NCBI GenBank assembly: GCA_018662905.1
Contig: JABJFE010000105.1
Location: 1 to 39,291, forward strand
Source: Flavobacteriaceae bacterium
GTDB taxonomy: Bacteria > Bacteroidota > Bacteroidia > Flavobacteriales > Flavobacteriaceae
Reading direction: 5' to 3'
DNA: 39,291 nucleotides
Made by a program: the position numbers and the translations under genes. The notes beneath the pieces were generated by a model. The model ran no database searches. It was not told where the DNA came from and saw nothing but the letters and a program-made list of their open reading frames with translations. Below, piece after piece: positions 1 to 9,446 of this stretch. Position 1 is the stretch's first letter, and each line of letters opens with the position of its first letter.

Positions 1-138
1 GTTGAAGAATCAACTCCAGTGGTTGAAGAATCAACTCCAGTGGTTGAAGAAGCCGCTCCAGTGGTTGAAGAATCAACTCCAGTGGTTGAAGAAGCAACTC
101 CAGTGGTTGAAGAAGCAACTCCAGTAGTTGAAGAATCC
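1..138 (+). repeat. In-frame 21-bp tandem repeat: 6 full copies plus a partial 7th. The array may continue upstream of the window.
   Basis: Units at 1-21, 22-42, 43-63, 64-84, 85-105 and 106-126 follow GTTGAAGAA[TCA/GCC/GCA][ACT/GCT]CCAGT[G/A]. Copies 1, 2 and 4 are identical and copies 5 and 6 differ by 1 nt. The 7th copy degenerates after 127-138. Confidence 0.95.
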
Positions 139-204
139 ATTTCTGAAATTGAAAATAATGAAACAAATGAATCAGATTCTGAAAAAAAAGAAACAGATTC
201 ATAA
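1..204 (+). CDS. 3' end of a CDS truncated by the window edge; acidic C-terminal tail built from VVEE[S/A][T/A]P heptads
   Basis: Frame 1 is open from nt 1 (GTT GAA GAA ...) to TAA at 202-204. The track ORF 19..204 is just the first in-frame GTG. A strong terminator follows. Parent protein identity is unknown. By remembered flavobacterial synteny (rpoA-rplQ-carA-eno) it could be a C-terminal extension of ribosomal protein L17, but that is a guess. Confidence 0.6.
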   Translation, partial: VEESTPVVEESTPVVEEAAPVVEESTPVVEEATPVVEEATPVVEESISEIENNETNESDSEKKETDS

Positions 205-239
205 AATAATTATATAATCTACAATTTTATAAATTATAA

Positions 240-269
240 GGGATAAACATTCTGTTTATCCCTTTTTTT
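240..269 (+). terminator. Rho-independent terminator downstream of the repeat-tail CDS
   Basis: Perfect 10-bp stem gggataaaca (240-249) / tgtttatccc (253-262), 3-nt loop ttc, then T7 (263-269). Confidence 0.85.
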
Positions 270-273
270 GTAT

Positions 274-281
274 TATTTTTG
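274..281 (+). promoter_or_regulatory. Candidate Bacteroidota sigma-A -7 box (TAttTTTG) for carA
   Basis: tatttttg matches TAnnTTTG exactly. Its G lies 6 nt before ATG 288. The track's TTG start (279) falls inside this box. Confidence 0.5.
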
Positions 282-287
282 AAATCC

Positions 288-1403
288 ATGAAAAACATCA
301 AAAAATTAGAAAAAGCTTTTATTCTTCTTGATGACGGTACTGTTTTTTTTGGTAAAGCACTTGGAGTTAAAGGATCCGCTTTTGGTGAATTGTGTTTTAA
401 CACTGGAATGACTGGATATCAGGAGATTTTTACTGACCCCTCTTACTATGGACAACTTATGGTTACTACTAATGCACATATTGGTAATTACGGCGTTAGT
501 GACATAGATATTGAATCTGATTCACCAAAAATTTCTGGCTTAATTTGTAAAAATTTTAATCACAGTTATTCAAGACCAGCTGCCGATAATTCTTTACAAA
601 ATTTCTTTACTAAACATGAAATTGTAGCTATTTCGGATGTAGATACACGAGCTTTAGTTTCTCATATACGTGACAATGGAGCAATGAATGCAGTTATTTC
701 AACTAATATTGATTCTATGGAGTCTTTGAAATTAGATTTGTTAAAAACTCCATCTATGAAAGGACTTGAGTTGGCTTCTAAAGTTTCAACTAAAGAACCA
801 TATTTTTTTGGTAATCCTGATTCTAAAATTAAAATAGCAGCTTTAGATCTTGGAATAAAATTAAATATTTTAAGAAACCTCTCTAAAAGGGGAGCTTATA
901 TCAAAGTATTTCCTTACGATTCTTCAATTGAAGATCTGTCTAGCTGGAATCCTAATGGATATTTTATTTCTAACGGCCCAGGTGATCCTGAACCCTTATC
1001 ATCAGCTATTTCTCTCGCTAAAGAAGTTTTAAAGATTAACAAGCCTCTGTTTGGAATTTGTTTAGGACATCAAGTGATAGCTATCGCTAATGGAATATCT
1101 ACTTATAAAATGCATAATGGTCATAGAGGAATAAATCATCCAGTTATTAATTTGATTACAGGGAAAGGGGAAATAACTTCTCAAAATCATGGTTTTGCTA
1201 TTAATAAAGTTGAAACTGAACAAAATAGGGATATAGAAATAACTCATTTACATTTAAATGATAATACTATAGCAGGAATAAGTATAAAAAATAAAAATTG
1301 TTTTTCTGTTCAATATCATCCTGAAGCTAGTCCTGGTCCTCACGACTCAAATTATCTTTTTGATCAATTTATTGAACTAATAAAATCTAATATTAATGAG
1401 TAA
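288..1403 (+). CDS. carA: Carbamoyl-phosphate synthase small (glutaminase) subunit
   Basis: Class-I glutamine amidotransferase nucleophile elbow GICLGHQ and C-terminal [13 protein letters not shown]. Length (~371 aa) and N-terminal domain are typical of CarA. ATG 288 is preferred over TTG 279. There is an 8-nt overlap (ATGAGTAA) with eno. No carB is adjacent. Confidence 0.93.
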   Translation: MKNIKKLEKAFILLDDGTVFFGKALGVKGSAFGELCFNTGMTGYQEIFTDPSYYGQLMVTTNAHIGNYGVSDIDIESDSPKISGLICKNFNHSYSRPAADNSLQNFFTKHEIVAISDVDTRALVSHIRDNGAMNAVISTNIDSMESLKLDLLKTPSMKGLELASKVSTKEPYFFGNPDSKIKIAALDLGIKLNILRNLSKRGAYIKVFPYDSSIEDLSSWNPNGYFISNGPGDPEPLSSAISLAKEVLKINKPLFGICLGHQVIAIANGISTYKMHNGHRGINHPVINLITGKGEITSQNHGFAINKVETEQNRDIEITHLHLNDNTIAGISIKNKNCFSVQYHPEASPGPHDSNYLFDQFIELIKSNINE

Positions 1404-2688
1404 AATAAGTAAAATTAAAGCTAGACAAATTTTTGATTCTAGAGGAAATCCAACTGTTGAGGTAGATATTATTACTGAAGATGGTGTTTTAGGTAGAGCT
1501 GCAGTTCCCTCTGGTGCTTCTACAGGAGAACACGAAGCAGTAGAGTTAAGAGATGGTGGTAACGATTATATGGGTAAAGGTGTTTTAAATGCTGTTTCAA
1601 ATGTAAATAACATATTATCTAAAGAATTAATTGGTCTTTCAGTATTTGATCAAGAAAATATTGATAATTTAATGATTAAAATTGATGGAACTCCCAATAA
1701 AGCAAACTTAGGAGCTAATGCAATTTTAGGTGTTTCACTTGCGCTTGCTAAAGCCGCTAGTAATTCAAAAGGTATTTCTTTACATACATATATTTCAAAT
1801 AATAAGAGTACTACACTTCCGGTACCTATGATGAATATTATTAATGGAGGTTCACATTCTGATGCGCCCATAGCTTTTCAAGAGTTTATGATTATGCCAG
1901 TTGATGCTGAAAGTTTTACTCATGCAATGCAGATTGGCTCAGAAATTTTTCACAACTTAAAGAAAATACTTTCTGACAGAGGGTTAACTACTTCTGTTGG
2001 TGATGAAGGTGGGTTTGCTCCAAAACTTGAAGGAACTGAAGATGCTTTAAATACTATTATTAATGCTATTGAAAAAGCTGGATATCAAGCCGGAAAGCAA
2101 GTTATGATTGCTTTGGATTGTGCTTCGTCTGAATTTTATGAAAATGGAATGTATGATTATTCAATCTTTGAGGGAAATGAAGGCAAAGTATTAACCTCTA
2201 AACAGCAAGCAGAATATTTAGCAGAATTATCATCTAAATATCCAATTGTATCAATTGAAGATGGAATGGATGAAAACGATTGGGATGGTTGGGCACACTT
2301 AACTAAAATATGCGGAGATAGAGTTCAGATAGTTGGTGATGATCTTTTTGTTACAAACGTTGAAAGATTAGGTAAAGGAATAGAAAATAATATTGCTAAT
2401 TCAATTCTAATAAAAGTAAATCAGATAGGTACTTTGACTGAAACGATTAATGCAGTAAACATGGCACATAAAGCAGGTTTTACCAGTGTTATGTCACACA
2501 GATCTGGTGAAACAGAAGATAATACTATTGCTGATTTAGCTGTTGGATTATCAACAGGTCAGATTAAAACTGGTTCTGCTTCTAGAAGTGACAGAATTGC
2601 AAAATATAATCAATTATTGAGAATTGAAGAAGAGTTAGGAGAGAAAGCATTTTATCCTAAAAAGGAAGCTTTTAAAGTTAAATTTTAA
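1396..2688 (+). CDS. eno: Enolase (phosphopyruvate hydratase)
   Basis: N-terminal [25 protein letters not shown] and [26 protein letters not shown] enolase signatures; 430 aa. Confidence 0.97.
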   Translation: MSKISKIKARQIFDSRGNPTVEVDIITEDGVLGRAAVPSGASTGEHEAVELRDGGNDYMGKGVLNAVSNVNNILSKELIGLSVFDQENIDNLMIKIDGTPNKANLGANAILGVSLALAKAASNSKGISLHTYISNNKSTTLPVPMMNIINGGSHSDAPIAFQEFMIMPVDAESFTHAMQIGSEIFHNLKKILSDRGLTTSVGDEGGFAPKLEGTEDALNTIINAIEKAGYQAGKQVMIALDCASSEFYENGMYDYSIFEGNEGKVLTSKQQAEYLAELSSKYPIVSIEDGMDENDWDGWAHLTKICGDRVQIVGDDLFVTNVERLGKGIENNIANSILIKVNQIGTLTETINAVNMAHKAGFTSVMSHRSGETEDNTIADLAVGLSTGQIKTGSASRSDRIAKYNQLLRIEEELGEKAFYPKKEAFKVKF

Positions 2689-2718
2689 AAGTTTTATTAA
2701 ATTAAAATTAGTACAATA

Positions 2719-4002
2719 ATGAAAAACAAGGCAACTCTTAACGTAAATAATAATATTCATGAAATTGATCTAATTACTGGATCCGAAAATGAGATTGCTT
2801 TAGATATAAGTAAATTACGTTCAGATGCTAATTTAATTACACTTGATGCAGGTTTTAAAAATACTGGATCTTGTCAAAGTGCTATTACATTTTTAGATGG
2901 TGAAAAAGGAATTTTAAGATACAGGGGCTATTCAATTGAAGAGTTAGCTAATAAAGCGGATTTTTTAGAGGTTGCTTATTTGTTAATATTTGGTGAATTA
3001 CCTACCAAACTACAATTAGAAAAGCTCTCTGAAGATATTAAAGAAAGATCGATTATTGATGAAGACTTACGTATTATATTAAATAGTTATCCAAAGTCTG
3101 CTCATCCAATGGGTATCCTTTCCTCTTTAACAAGTGGTTTAGTAGCTTTTGATCCTTCAGCAGTAGACATTGACGATGAGGAAGACATGTATGATGCTAT
3201 TCTTAACTTATTAGCTAAAATTCCTGTTCTAGTGGCTTGGGTATATAGAAGAAGAAAAGGACTTCCTCTAGAATATGGAGATACTTCATTGGATTATGTT
3301 GAAAATCTTGCTAAAATGATGTTTCAACGACCAAATAAAGAATATGTTCAAAATAAAACTGTAATTAGCGCTTTAAATAAATTATTGATTTTACATGCTG
3401 ATCATGAGCAAAATTGTTCTACTTCAACTGTCAGAATAGTTGGATCTTCTTATGCTGGTTTGTTTGCATCTGTTGCTGCTGGAATTTCTGCTTTATGGGG
3501 AAGATTACATGGAGGAGCCAATCAAGCTGTTATTGAAATGCTTCAAGCTATTAATGAAGATGGTGGAGATACAAAAAAATATATGTCTAAAGCTAAAGAT
3601 AAGTCTGATCCATTTAGACTTATGGGCTTTGGACATAGAGTATATAAAAATTTTGATCCAAGAGCTAAAATTATTAAAGTTGCTGCTGATGAAGTTTTAA
3701 AAGAGTTAGGTATTGACGATCCAATTCTTGATATTGCTAAGGGATTAGAGAAAGAAGCGCTAGAAGATCAATATTTTGTAGATAGAAAACTTTATCCAAA
3801 TGTTGACTTTTATTCAGGAATTATTTACAAAGCTCTTGATATTCCTAACGAAATGTTCACCGTTATGTTCGCTCTTGGAAGATTACCTGGCTGGGTTGCT
3901 CATTGGAGAGAAATGAGACTTAGAAAAGAACCTATTGGAAGACCAAGACAAGTTTATATAGGAGAAAATTTAAGATCTTTTACCGATATAAAGTCAAGAT
4001 AA
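2719..4002 (+). CDS. gltA: Citrate synthase
   Basis: GFGHRVYKNFDPRA signature, LHADHEQNCSTST catalytic-His region, 427 aa. Confidence 0.96.
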   Translation: MKNKATLNVNNNIHEIDLITGSENEIALDISKLRSDANLITLDAGFKNTGSCQSAITFLDGEKGILRYRGYSIEELANKADFLEVAYLLIFGELPTKLQLEKLSEDIKERSIIDEDLRIILNSYPKSAHPMGILSSLTSGLVAFDPSAVDIDDEEDMYDAILNLLAKIPVLVAWVYRRRKGLPLEYGDTSLDYVENLAKMMFQRPNKEYVQNKTVISALNKLLILHADHEQNCSTSTVRIVGSSYAGLFASVAAGISALWGRLHGGANQAVIEMLQAINEDGGDTKKYMSKAKDKSDPFRLMGFGHRVYKNFDPRAKIIKVAADEVLKELGIDDPILDIAKGLEKEALEDQYFVDRKLYPNVDFYSGIIYKALDIPNEMFTVMFALGRLPGWVAHWREMRLRKEPIGRPRQVYIGENLRSFTDIKSR

Positions 4003-4012
4003 TTATTTAATT

Positions 4013-4927
4013 ATGGAATTTTTAGTTAGTGGTGAAACTTCTAAACTAAGATCGGTAGTCATAGGTATTGCTGATAGTTTAGGAGAGATTCCATCTTTAA
4101 AAGAACTTTACGATCCAAAATCTATTGAAAATTTAAAAAAAGGTACATATCCAATAGAATCTGATATGGTTAAAGAGTTAGAGAGTTTTGTTGTTTTACT
4201 TGAGAAATATAATGTAAAGGTTTACAGGCCAAATCTAATAAAGGATTACAATCAAATTTTTTCCAGAGACATAGGATTTGTAATTGATAATTTTTTTTTT
4301 AAATCAAATATCCTTCCTAAAAGAGAAAAGGAATTTCGTGGTTTAAGCTCAATTTTATCTAATTTTCATAATAAGATTATAACAATGCCTCAAAATCTTC
4401 ATATTGAGGGAGGAGATGTACTATATCACTCCAATACTATTTTTGTTGGTTATTATGATAATGATGATTACAGTGATTTATTTACAGCTAGAACAAATAA
4501 AGCTGCATTAGATTATTTTATTGAATTTTTTCCAGAAAAAAAAGTAAAAGGTTTTCATTTAAATAAATCATTAACTAATCCAAAAAAAAATATACTTCAC
4601 TTAGATTGTTGTTTGCAAATTATTGGTAAAAATAAAGCTATTATTCATCCTGAAGCTTTTACTTTTAAAGATGATTATTTATGGTTAGTAGATTTTTTTG
4701 GTAAACAAAATATTTTTGAAATTTCTGACATTGAAATGTATGATATGACTAGTAATGTTTTGTCTATAAATGATAATACAGTTATTTCTCAACCTAAATT
4801 TAAGAGATTAAATAATTGGTTGAAATATCAAAATTTGAATGTTGAAGAAATTGATTTATCTGAAGTTTCTAAACAAGAAGGACTCTTTAGGTGCACATCA
4901 TTACCCTTAATAAGATATGATGAATAA
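4013..4927 (+). CDS. Guanidino-group-modifying (pentein-fold) enzyme, DDAH / amidinotransferase-like; substrate unknown
   Basis: C-terminal nucleophile context GLFRCTSLPL, a candidate general-base His in NILHLDCC, and ~300 aa, as in DDAH/arginine-deiminase relatives. Overlaps the next gene by 11 nt. Confidence 0.7.
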   Translation: MEFLVSGETSKLRSVVIGIADSLGEIPSLKELYDPKSIENLKKGTYPIESDMVKELESFVVLLEKYNVKVYRPNLIKDYNQIFSRDIGFVIDNFFFKSNILPKREKEFRGLSSILSNFHNKIITMPQNLHIEGGDVLYHSNTIFVGYYDNDDYSDLFTARTNKAALDYFIEFFPEKKVKGFHLNKSLTNPKKNILHLDCCLQIIGKNKAIIHPEAFTFKDDYLWLVDFFGKQNIFEISDIEMYDMTSNVLSINDNTVISQPKFKRLNNWLKYQNLNVEEIDLSEVSKQEGLFRCTSLPLIRYDE

Positions 4928-5837
4928 TATTCATTCAATTTTAATGGTTAGACCTTCTAGTTTCAGAATGAATCCTGAAACAGCTAAAAATAATTATTTT
5001 CAAAAACATACTGACTTAACAGACTCGCAAGTTTTAGAAAATGCGTGCCTTGAGTTTGACAATCTTGTTAACCAATTGCGATTGCATGGAATTCCAGTTA
5101 ATGTATTTCAAGATGATTTAGTTCATGATACACCAGATTCTGTTTTTCCAAATAATTGGATAAGTTTTCATTCAAATTACAGAATTGCGATATATCCAAT
5201 GTATGCTAATAATAGACGACTTGAGCGAAATGATAAAATCTTAAAATTTATTGAAAGCAAGGGAGTTAAAATTGATTTTATTAATGATTACAGTAACGCT
5301 GAAAATCATAATTTATTTCTTGAAGGAACTGGTAGTATGGTTTTAGATAGGCTAAATAAAAAATCCTACTGTTCTTTGTCTGAAAGAACATCAGAGAATT
5401 TAATCGAAGAATTTTGTGATGAATTTAATTACTTGCCTATAGTTTTTAAATCTTATCAAAGCACTAATAATCAAAGAAAACCTATTTATCATACTAATGT
5501 GATGATGTGTATAGCAAACAACTATTCAATAATTTGTTTAGATTCCATTGATTCCGAAATAGACAAACAAATTGTTCTGAAAAGCCTAAAGGACGATAAT
5601 AAAGAAATAATTGAAATAAGTGAAATTCAATTAAATTCTTTTGCAGGAAACATGATAGAATTATTATATAAAAATATTAGTTTTCTAGTAATGAGTAGTC
5701 AAGCATATAAATCGCTTTCTAAACTTCAAATACAAAAAATAGAAAAATTTTCAAAAATTATACAGTCTAATGTCGAGACAATAGAAAATTGTGGTGGAGG
5801 TAGTGTTAGATGTATGATTGCAGAAGTTTTTAATTAG
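4917..5837 (+). CDS. Arginine-deiminase-related / amidinotransferase-family protein (resembles what is annotated as citrulline utilization hydrolase CtlX)
   Basis: C-terminal GGGSVRCMIAEVF (catalytic Cys), PIYHTNVMMC (His) and N-terminal ILMVRPSSF are typical of this pentein-fold subfamily; 306 aa. Confidence 0.72.
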   Translation: MMNNIHSILMVRPSSFRMNPETAKNNYFQKHTDLTDSQVLENACLEFDNLVNQLRLHGIPVNVFQDDLVHDTPDSVFPNNWISFHSNYRIAIYPMYANNRRLERNDKILKFIESKGVKIDFINDYSNAENHNLFLEGTGSMVLDRLNKKSYCSLSERTSENLIEEFCDEFNYLPIVFKSYQSTNNQRKPIYHTNVMMCIANNYSIICLDSIDSEIDKQIVLKSLKDDNKEIIEISEIQLNSFAGNMIELLYKNISFLVMSSQAYKSLSKLQIQKIEKFSKIIQSNVETIENCGGGSVRCMIAEVFN

Positions 5838-6231
5838 ATAATTTTAATTTATTAATTTTTTTGATGAATTCATGTTCACTGTTTTTTTTTGCCAATATTT
5901 TAATAAAGTATTTGTCCATATATATTGAGTATTCGTTAGATTTCCCTTTGAACAATTTTAGTTTATAGTATGGAACTATTAGAGCGTAAGTTTCTAATAA
6001 TGATCTGAAACTAATTATTATTCCCTTTGGTCTTATCTCAATATTGCAATGATTAATATTATTATCTAAGATTAATAAACTATTGATTTCAGAGTCTGTT
6101 TGTGATATTAAATATTTTGGAGAACCAATACCACCAAGTTTAATCCTTTTTAATATTGTAAAAGGATTACCTAATAAGTCAATGATTTCTGATTTAATTT
6201 TAGAATTATTGTAAGAAATATTTCTTAACAT
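5830..6231 (-). CDS. Hypothetical protein (133 aa), no recognisable motif
   Basis: Clean ORF with an ATG start and a TAnnTTTG box 19 nt upstream. It fills the gap between the CtlX-like gene and argS. No family recognised by eye. Confidence 0.55.
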   Translation of the reverse strand: MLRNISYNNSKIKSEIIDLLGNPFTILKRIKLGGIGSPKYLISQTDSEINSLLILDNNINHCNIEIRPKGIIISFRSLLETYALIVPYYKLKLFKGKSNEYSIYMDKYFIKILAKKNSEHEFIKKINKLKLSN

Positions 6232-6250
6232 TTAAACGAATTAATTATTT

Positions 6251-6258
6251 CAAAGATA
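6251..6258 (-). promoter_or_regulatory. Candidate -7 box (TAtcTTTG on minus strand) for the 133-aa hypothetical gene
   Basis: Plus-strand caaagata is the reverse complement of TAnnTTTG. It lies 19 nt upstream of the minus-strand ATG at 6231-6229. Confidence 0.45.
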
Positions 6259-6316
6259 AACGAATCAAAAAAATAATTTATTCATTTTATAATTATATTT
6301 ACTTGAAATTTATTTG

Positions 6317-8095
6317 ATGAATATAAATAAAATTTTAAAGTCTAAACTTTCAGAATATCTTAAATTAAAGTACGATATTGATTTTATTGATTTTGAAATC
6401 CAACTTACTAGAAAAGATTTTGAAGGTGATTTAACAATTGTAGTCTTTCCTCTAGTTAAAATTTTAAAACAAAATCCTTCTAATTTAGGAAACGAACTAG
6501 GCTCTTTTATAGTTAATAATTCTAAATATGTTACAGGGTTTAATGTTATTCAAGGATTTCTAAATCTTTCTATTTCATCATTTTATTATTTAGAATTTTT
6601 AAATAATTGTCTTAGTGATATTAATTATGGTTTTACTAGTCCTGATGAAAACAGCTCTCTTTATTTAGTTGAGTATTCATCACCCAATACTAATAAACCT
6701 TTGCACTTAGGACATATTAGAAATATTTTACTTGGTTATTCTATGTCTAAAATTTTAGAAGCCTCTGGTAAAAGAGTAAATAAAACTCAAATTATAAATG
6801 ACAGGGGGATTCATATATGTAAATCAATTATTGCTTGGCTGAAATTTGGTGAAAATAAAACTCCAAATGATTTGAACGAAAAAGGTGATTTTTTTGTTGG
6901 TAAATATTATATTCTTTTTGATAAAATTTATAAAAACGAAGTAAATGAATTAATTAGTTCTGGTTTGTCAAAAGTTGAAGCCGAACAAAAATCTCCTATT
7001 CTTCTTGAAGCTAAAGAATTATTAAGAAAATGGGAGGCTGGTGATCAAAAAACTATAGATGTTTGGAAATTAATGAATGGTTGGGTTTACGACGGGTTTA
7101 ATAAAACCTATAATGATCTTGGAGTTGATTTTGACTCCTTGTATTATGAAAGTGATACTTATCTAATTGGAAAAGACATTATAACTCATGGACTAGATAA
7201 ACAGATTTTTTTTAAAAAAGATGATGGCTCAGTTTGGATTGATTTATCTGATGAAGGATTAGATGAAAAACTATTACTAAGATCAGATGGTACTTCTGTT
7301 TATATGACACAAGATTTAGGGACAGCTTATAAAAGATATAAAGATAATCCTGAAATGAATGGATTAATATACACAGTAGGAAACGAACAAGACTATCATT
7401 TTAATGTGTTATTTAAGGTTTTAAAAAAACTTGGTTTTGAATGGTCAAATCATTTATTTCATTTAAGTTATGGGATGGTTGATTTACCATCAGGAAAGAT
7501 GAAAAGTCGTGAAGGTACAGTTGTTGATGCGGATGAATTGATTTCGGAAATGATTAGCAATGCCTCTAAACTATCTAGTGATCTTGGAAAGCTTGATGGT
7601 TTAAGTAGTGATGATAAAAACATATTAAATCAAACGATTGGACTTGGGGCTTTGAAATATTATATTCTTAAAGTCGATCCAAAAAAAAGAATTTTATTTG
7701 ATCCAAATGACTCTATTGATTTCAACGGAAATACAGGACCTTTTGTTCAATATACATATGCAAGGATTCAATCTTTATTAAAAAAAGAAACATATATAAA
7801 TAATCCTGTAAACGATAATTTAGAAATTAATTCAAAAGAGAAACAAATATTAAAATTATTAACTCAGTATCCAGACTTAATTAAATCTTCTGCGGATAAT
7901 TTAAATCCATCATTAATTGCTAATTATACATACGAATTAGTAAAAGCTTTTAATTCTTATTATCAAACTACAACAATATTAAAAATTGAAAATAATGATG
8001 TCAAATTATTTCGATTGAGCTTAAGTTATAAGGTTGGTTTAATTATTAAATCGTCTATGAAATTATTAGGAATAAATGTTCCTGATAAAATGTAA
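6317..8095 (+). CDS. argS: Arginine--tRNA ligase
   Basis: Class-I HIGH motif (PNTNKPLHLGHIRN), SGKMKSREGTVV (KMSKS-equivalent region), C-terminal DALR-type anticodon-binding domain, ~592 aa. ATG 6317 is preferred over the adjacent TTG 6314. Confidence 0.95.
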   Translation: MNINKILKSKLSEYLKLKYDIDFIDFEIQLTRKDFEGDLTIVVFPLVKILKQNPSNLGNELGSFIVNNSKYVTGFNVIQGFLNLSISSFYYLEFLNNCLSDINYGFTSPDENSSLYLVEYSSPNTNKPLHLGHIRNILLGYSMSKILEASGKRVNKTQIINDRGIHICKSIIAWLKFGENKTPNDLNEKGDFFVGKYYILFDKIYKNEVNELISSGLSKVEAEQKSPILLEAKELLRKWEAGDQKTIDVWKLMNGWVYDGFNKTYNDLGVDFDSLYYESDTYLIGKDIITHGLDKQIFFKKDDGSVWIDLSDEGLDEKLLLRSDGTSVYMTQDLGTAYKRYKDNPEMNGLIYTVGNEQDYHFNVLFKVLKKLGFEWSNHLFHLSYGMVDLPSGKMKSREGTVVDADELISEMISNASKLSSDLGKLDGLSSDDKNILNQTIGLGALKYYILKVDPKKRILFDPNDSIDFNGNTGPFVQYTYARIQSLLKKETYINNPVNDNLEINSKEKQILKLLTQYPDLIKSSADNLNPSLIANYTYELVKAFNSYYQTTTILKIENNDVKLFRLSLSYKVGLIIKSSMKLLGINVPDKM

Positions 8096-8110
8096 TTAAA
8101 ACAAAAAATA

Positions 8111-9439
8111 ATGTTTAATAATTTAACAGATAAACTTAATTCGGCCTTTAAAGTTCTAAAAGGTCAAGGTAAAATTACTGAAATTAATGTTGCAGAAACA
8201 TTAAAAGAAGTTAGAAGAGCTTTGCTTGAGGCTGATGTGAATTTTAAAACAGCAAAAGAATTTACGATCAATGTTAAAAATAAAGCACTTGGACAAAATG
8301 TTTTAACAACAATTAATCCAGGTCAATTAATGGTTAAAATTGTAAAGGATGAATTGACCCAACTAATGGGAGGAAATGCAGAAGGAATTAATCTTTCTGA
8401 TTCTTTTACGATCATATTAATGTCAGGTTTACAGGGTTCAGGAAAAACTACTTTCTCTGGAAAATTATCAAATTTTTTAAAAACAAAAAAAAATAAAAAA
8501 CCTTTGTTAGTTGCTTGCGATGTTTATAGACCTGCTGCAATTGAACAATTAAAAATTATTGGTGGACAAATTGAAGTTGATGTATACAGTGACGAATTAG
8601 AAAAAAATCCAGTAAAAATTGCTTCAGATTCAATTTTATATGCAAAAAAGCATGGTAAAAATTTAGTTGTAATTGATACTGCTGGAAGATTAGCTGTTGA
8701 TGATGAAATGATGAATGAAATTAAAAACATTCATAGAGCTGTCAACCCTCAAGAAACTTTATTTGTTGTAGACTCAATGACAGGTCAAGATGCAGTAAAT
8801 ACTGCTAAATCTTTTAATGATATATTAAATTTTGATGGTGTTGTATTAACTAAGCTTGATGGAGATACAAGAGGAGGAGCAGCCTTATCAATTAAATCAG
8901 TAGTTGATAAACCAATAAAGTTTATTGGAACCGGAGAGAAAATGGATGCAATTGACGTTTTTCATCCAGAAAGAATGGCTGATAGAATACTTGGAATGGG
9001 AGATATCGTTTCTTTAGTTGAAAAAGCTCAAAATGTTTATGATGAAAAAGAAGCGAGGATTTTAAGTAAAAAAATTGCAAAAAGTCAATTTGGCTTGGAC
9101 GATTTTCTTGCTCAAATTAAAAAAATTAAAAAAATGGGTGATATCAAAGATATGGTAGGTATGATTCCTGGTGCGAGCAAAGCAATTGGTAATACTGAAA
9201 TTGATAATGATTCGTTTAAGCATATTGAAGCTTTAATATATTCGATGACTCCCAAAGAACGTTCAAATCCTAAAATTATTGATGTTAGTAGAAAAAAAAG
9301 AATATCAAATGGAAGTGGATTAGAGATTCAAGAACTTAATAAGCTCTTAAAACAATTTGAACAAATGTCAAAAATGATGAAAATGATGCAAGGCGGAGGT
9401 TCTAATAAGCTTATGCAAATGATGCAAGGAATGAAATAA
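8111..9439 (+). CDS. ffh: Signal recognition particle protein Ffh
   Basis: SRP GTPase motifs GLQGSGKTT, DTAGR and TKLDGDTRGGAALS. Methionine-rich M domain and tail (MSKMMKMMQGGG...MQMMQGMK). Confidence 0.96.
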   Translation: MFNNLTDKLNSAFKVLKGQGKITEINVAETLKEVRRALLEADVNFKTAKEFTINVKNKALGQNVLTTINPGQLMVKIVKDELTQLMGGNAEGINLSDSFTIILMSGLQGSGKTTFSGKLSNFLKTKKNKKPLLVACDVYRPAAIEQLKIIGGQIEVDVYSDELEKNPVKIASDSILYAKKHGKNLVVIDTAGRLAVDDEMMNEIKNIHRAVNPQETLFVVDSMTGQDAVNTAKSFNDILNFDGVVLTKLDGDTRGGAALSIKSVVDKPIKFIGTGEKMDAIDVFHPERMADRILGMGDIVSLVEKAQNVYDEKEARILSKKIAKSQFGLDDFLAQIKKIKKMGDIKDMVGMIPGASKAIGNTEIDNDSFKHIEALIYSMTPKERSNPKIIDVSRKKRISNGSGLEIQELNKLLKQFEQMSKMMKMMQGGGSNKLMQMMQGMK

Positions 9440-9446
9440 ATAATTT

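Noticed and set aside
288-1403. carA without an adjacent carB, considered as a decaying remnant or pseudogene.
   Set aside because: The ORF is full length with an intact glutaminase nucleophile elbow and C-terminal His-Pro-Glu region. As I recall, separation of carA and carB is the normal arrangement in Flavobacteriia.
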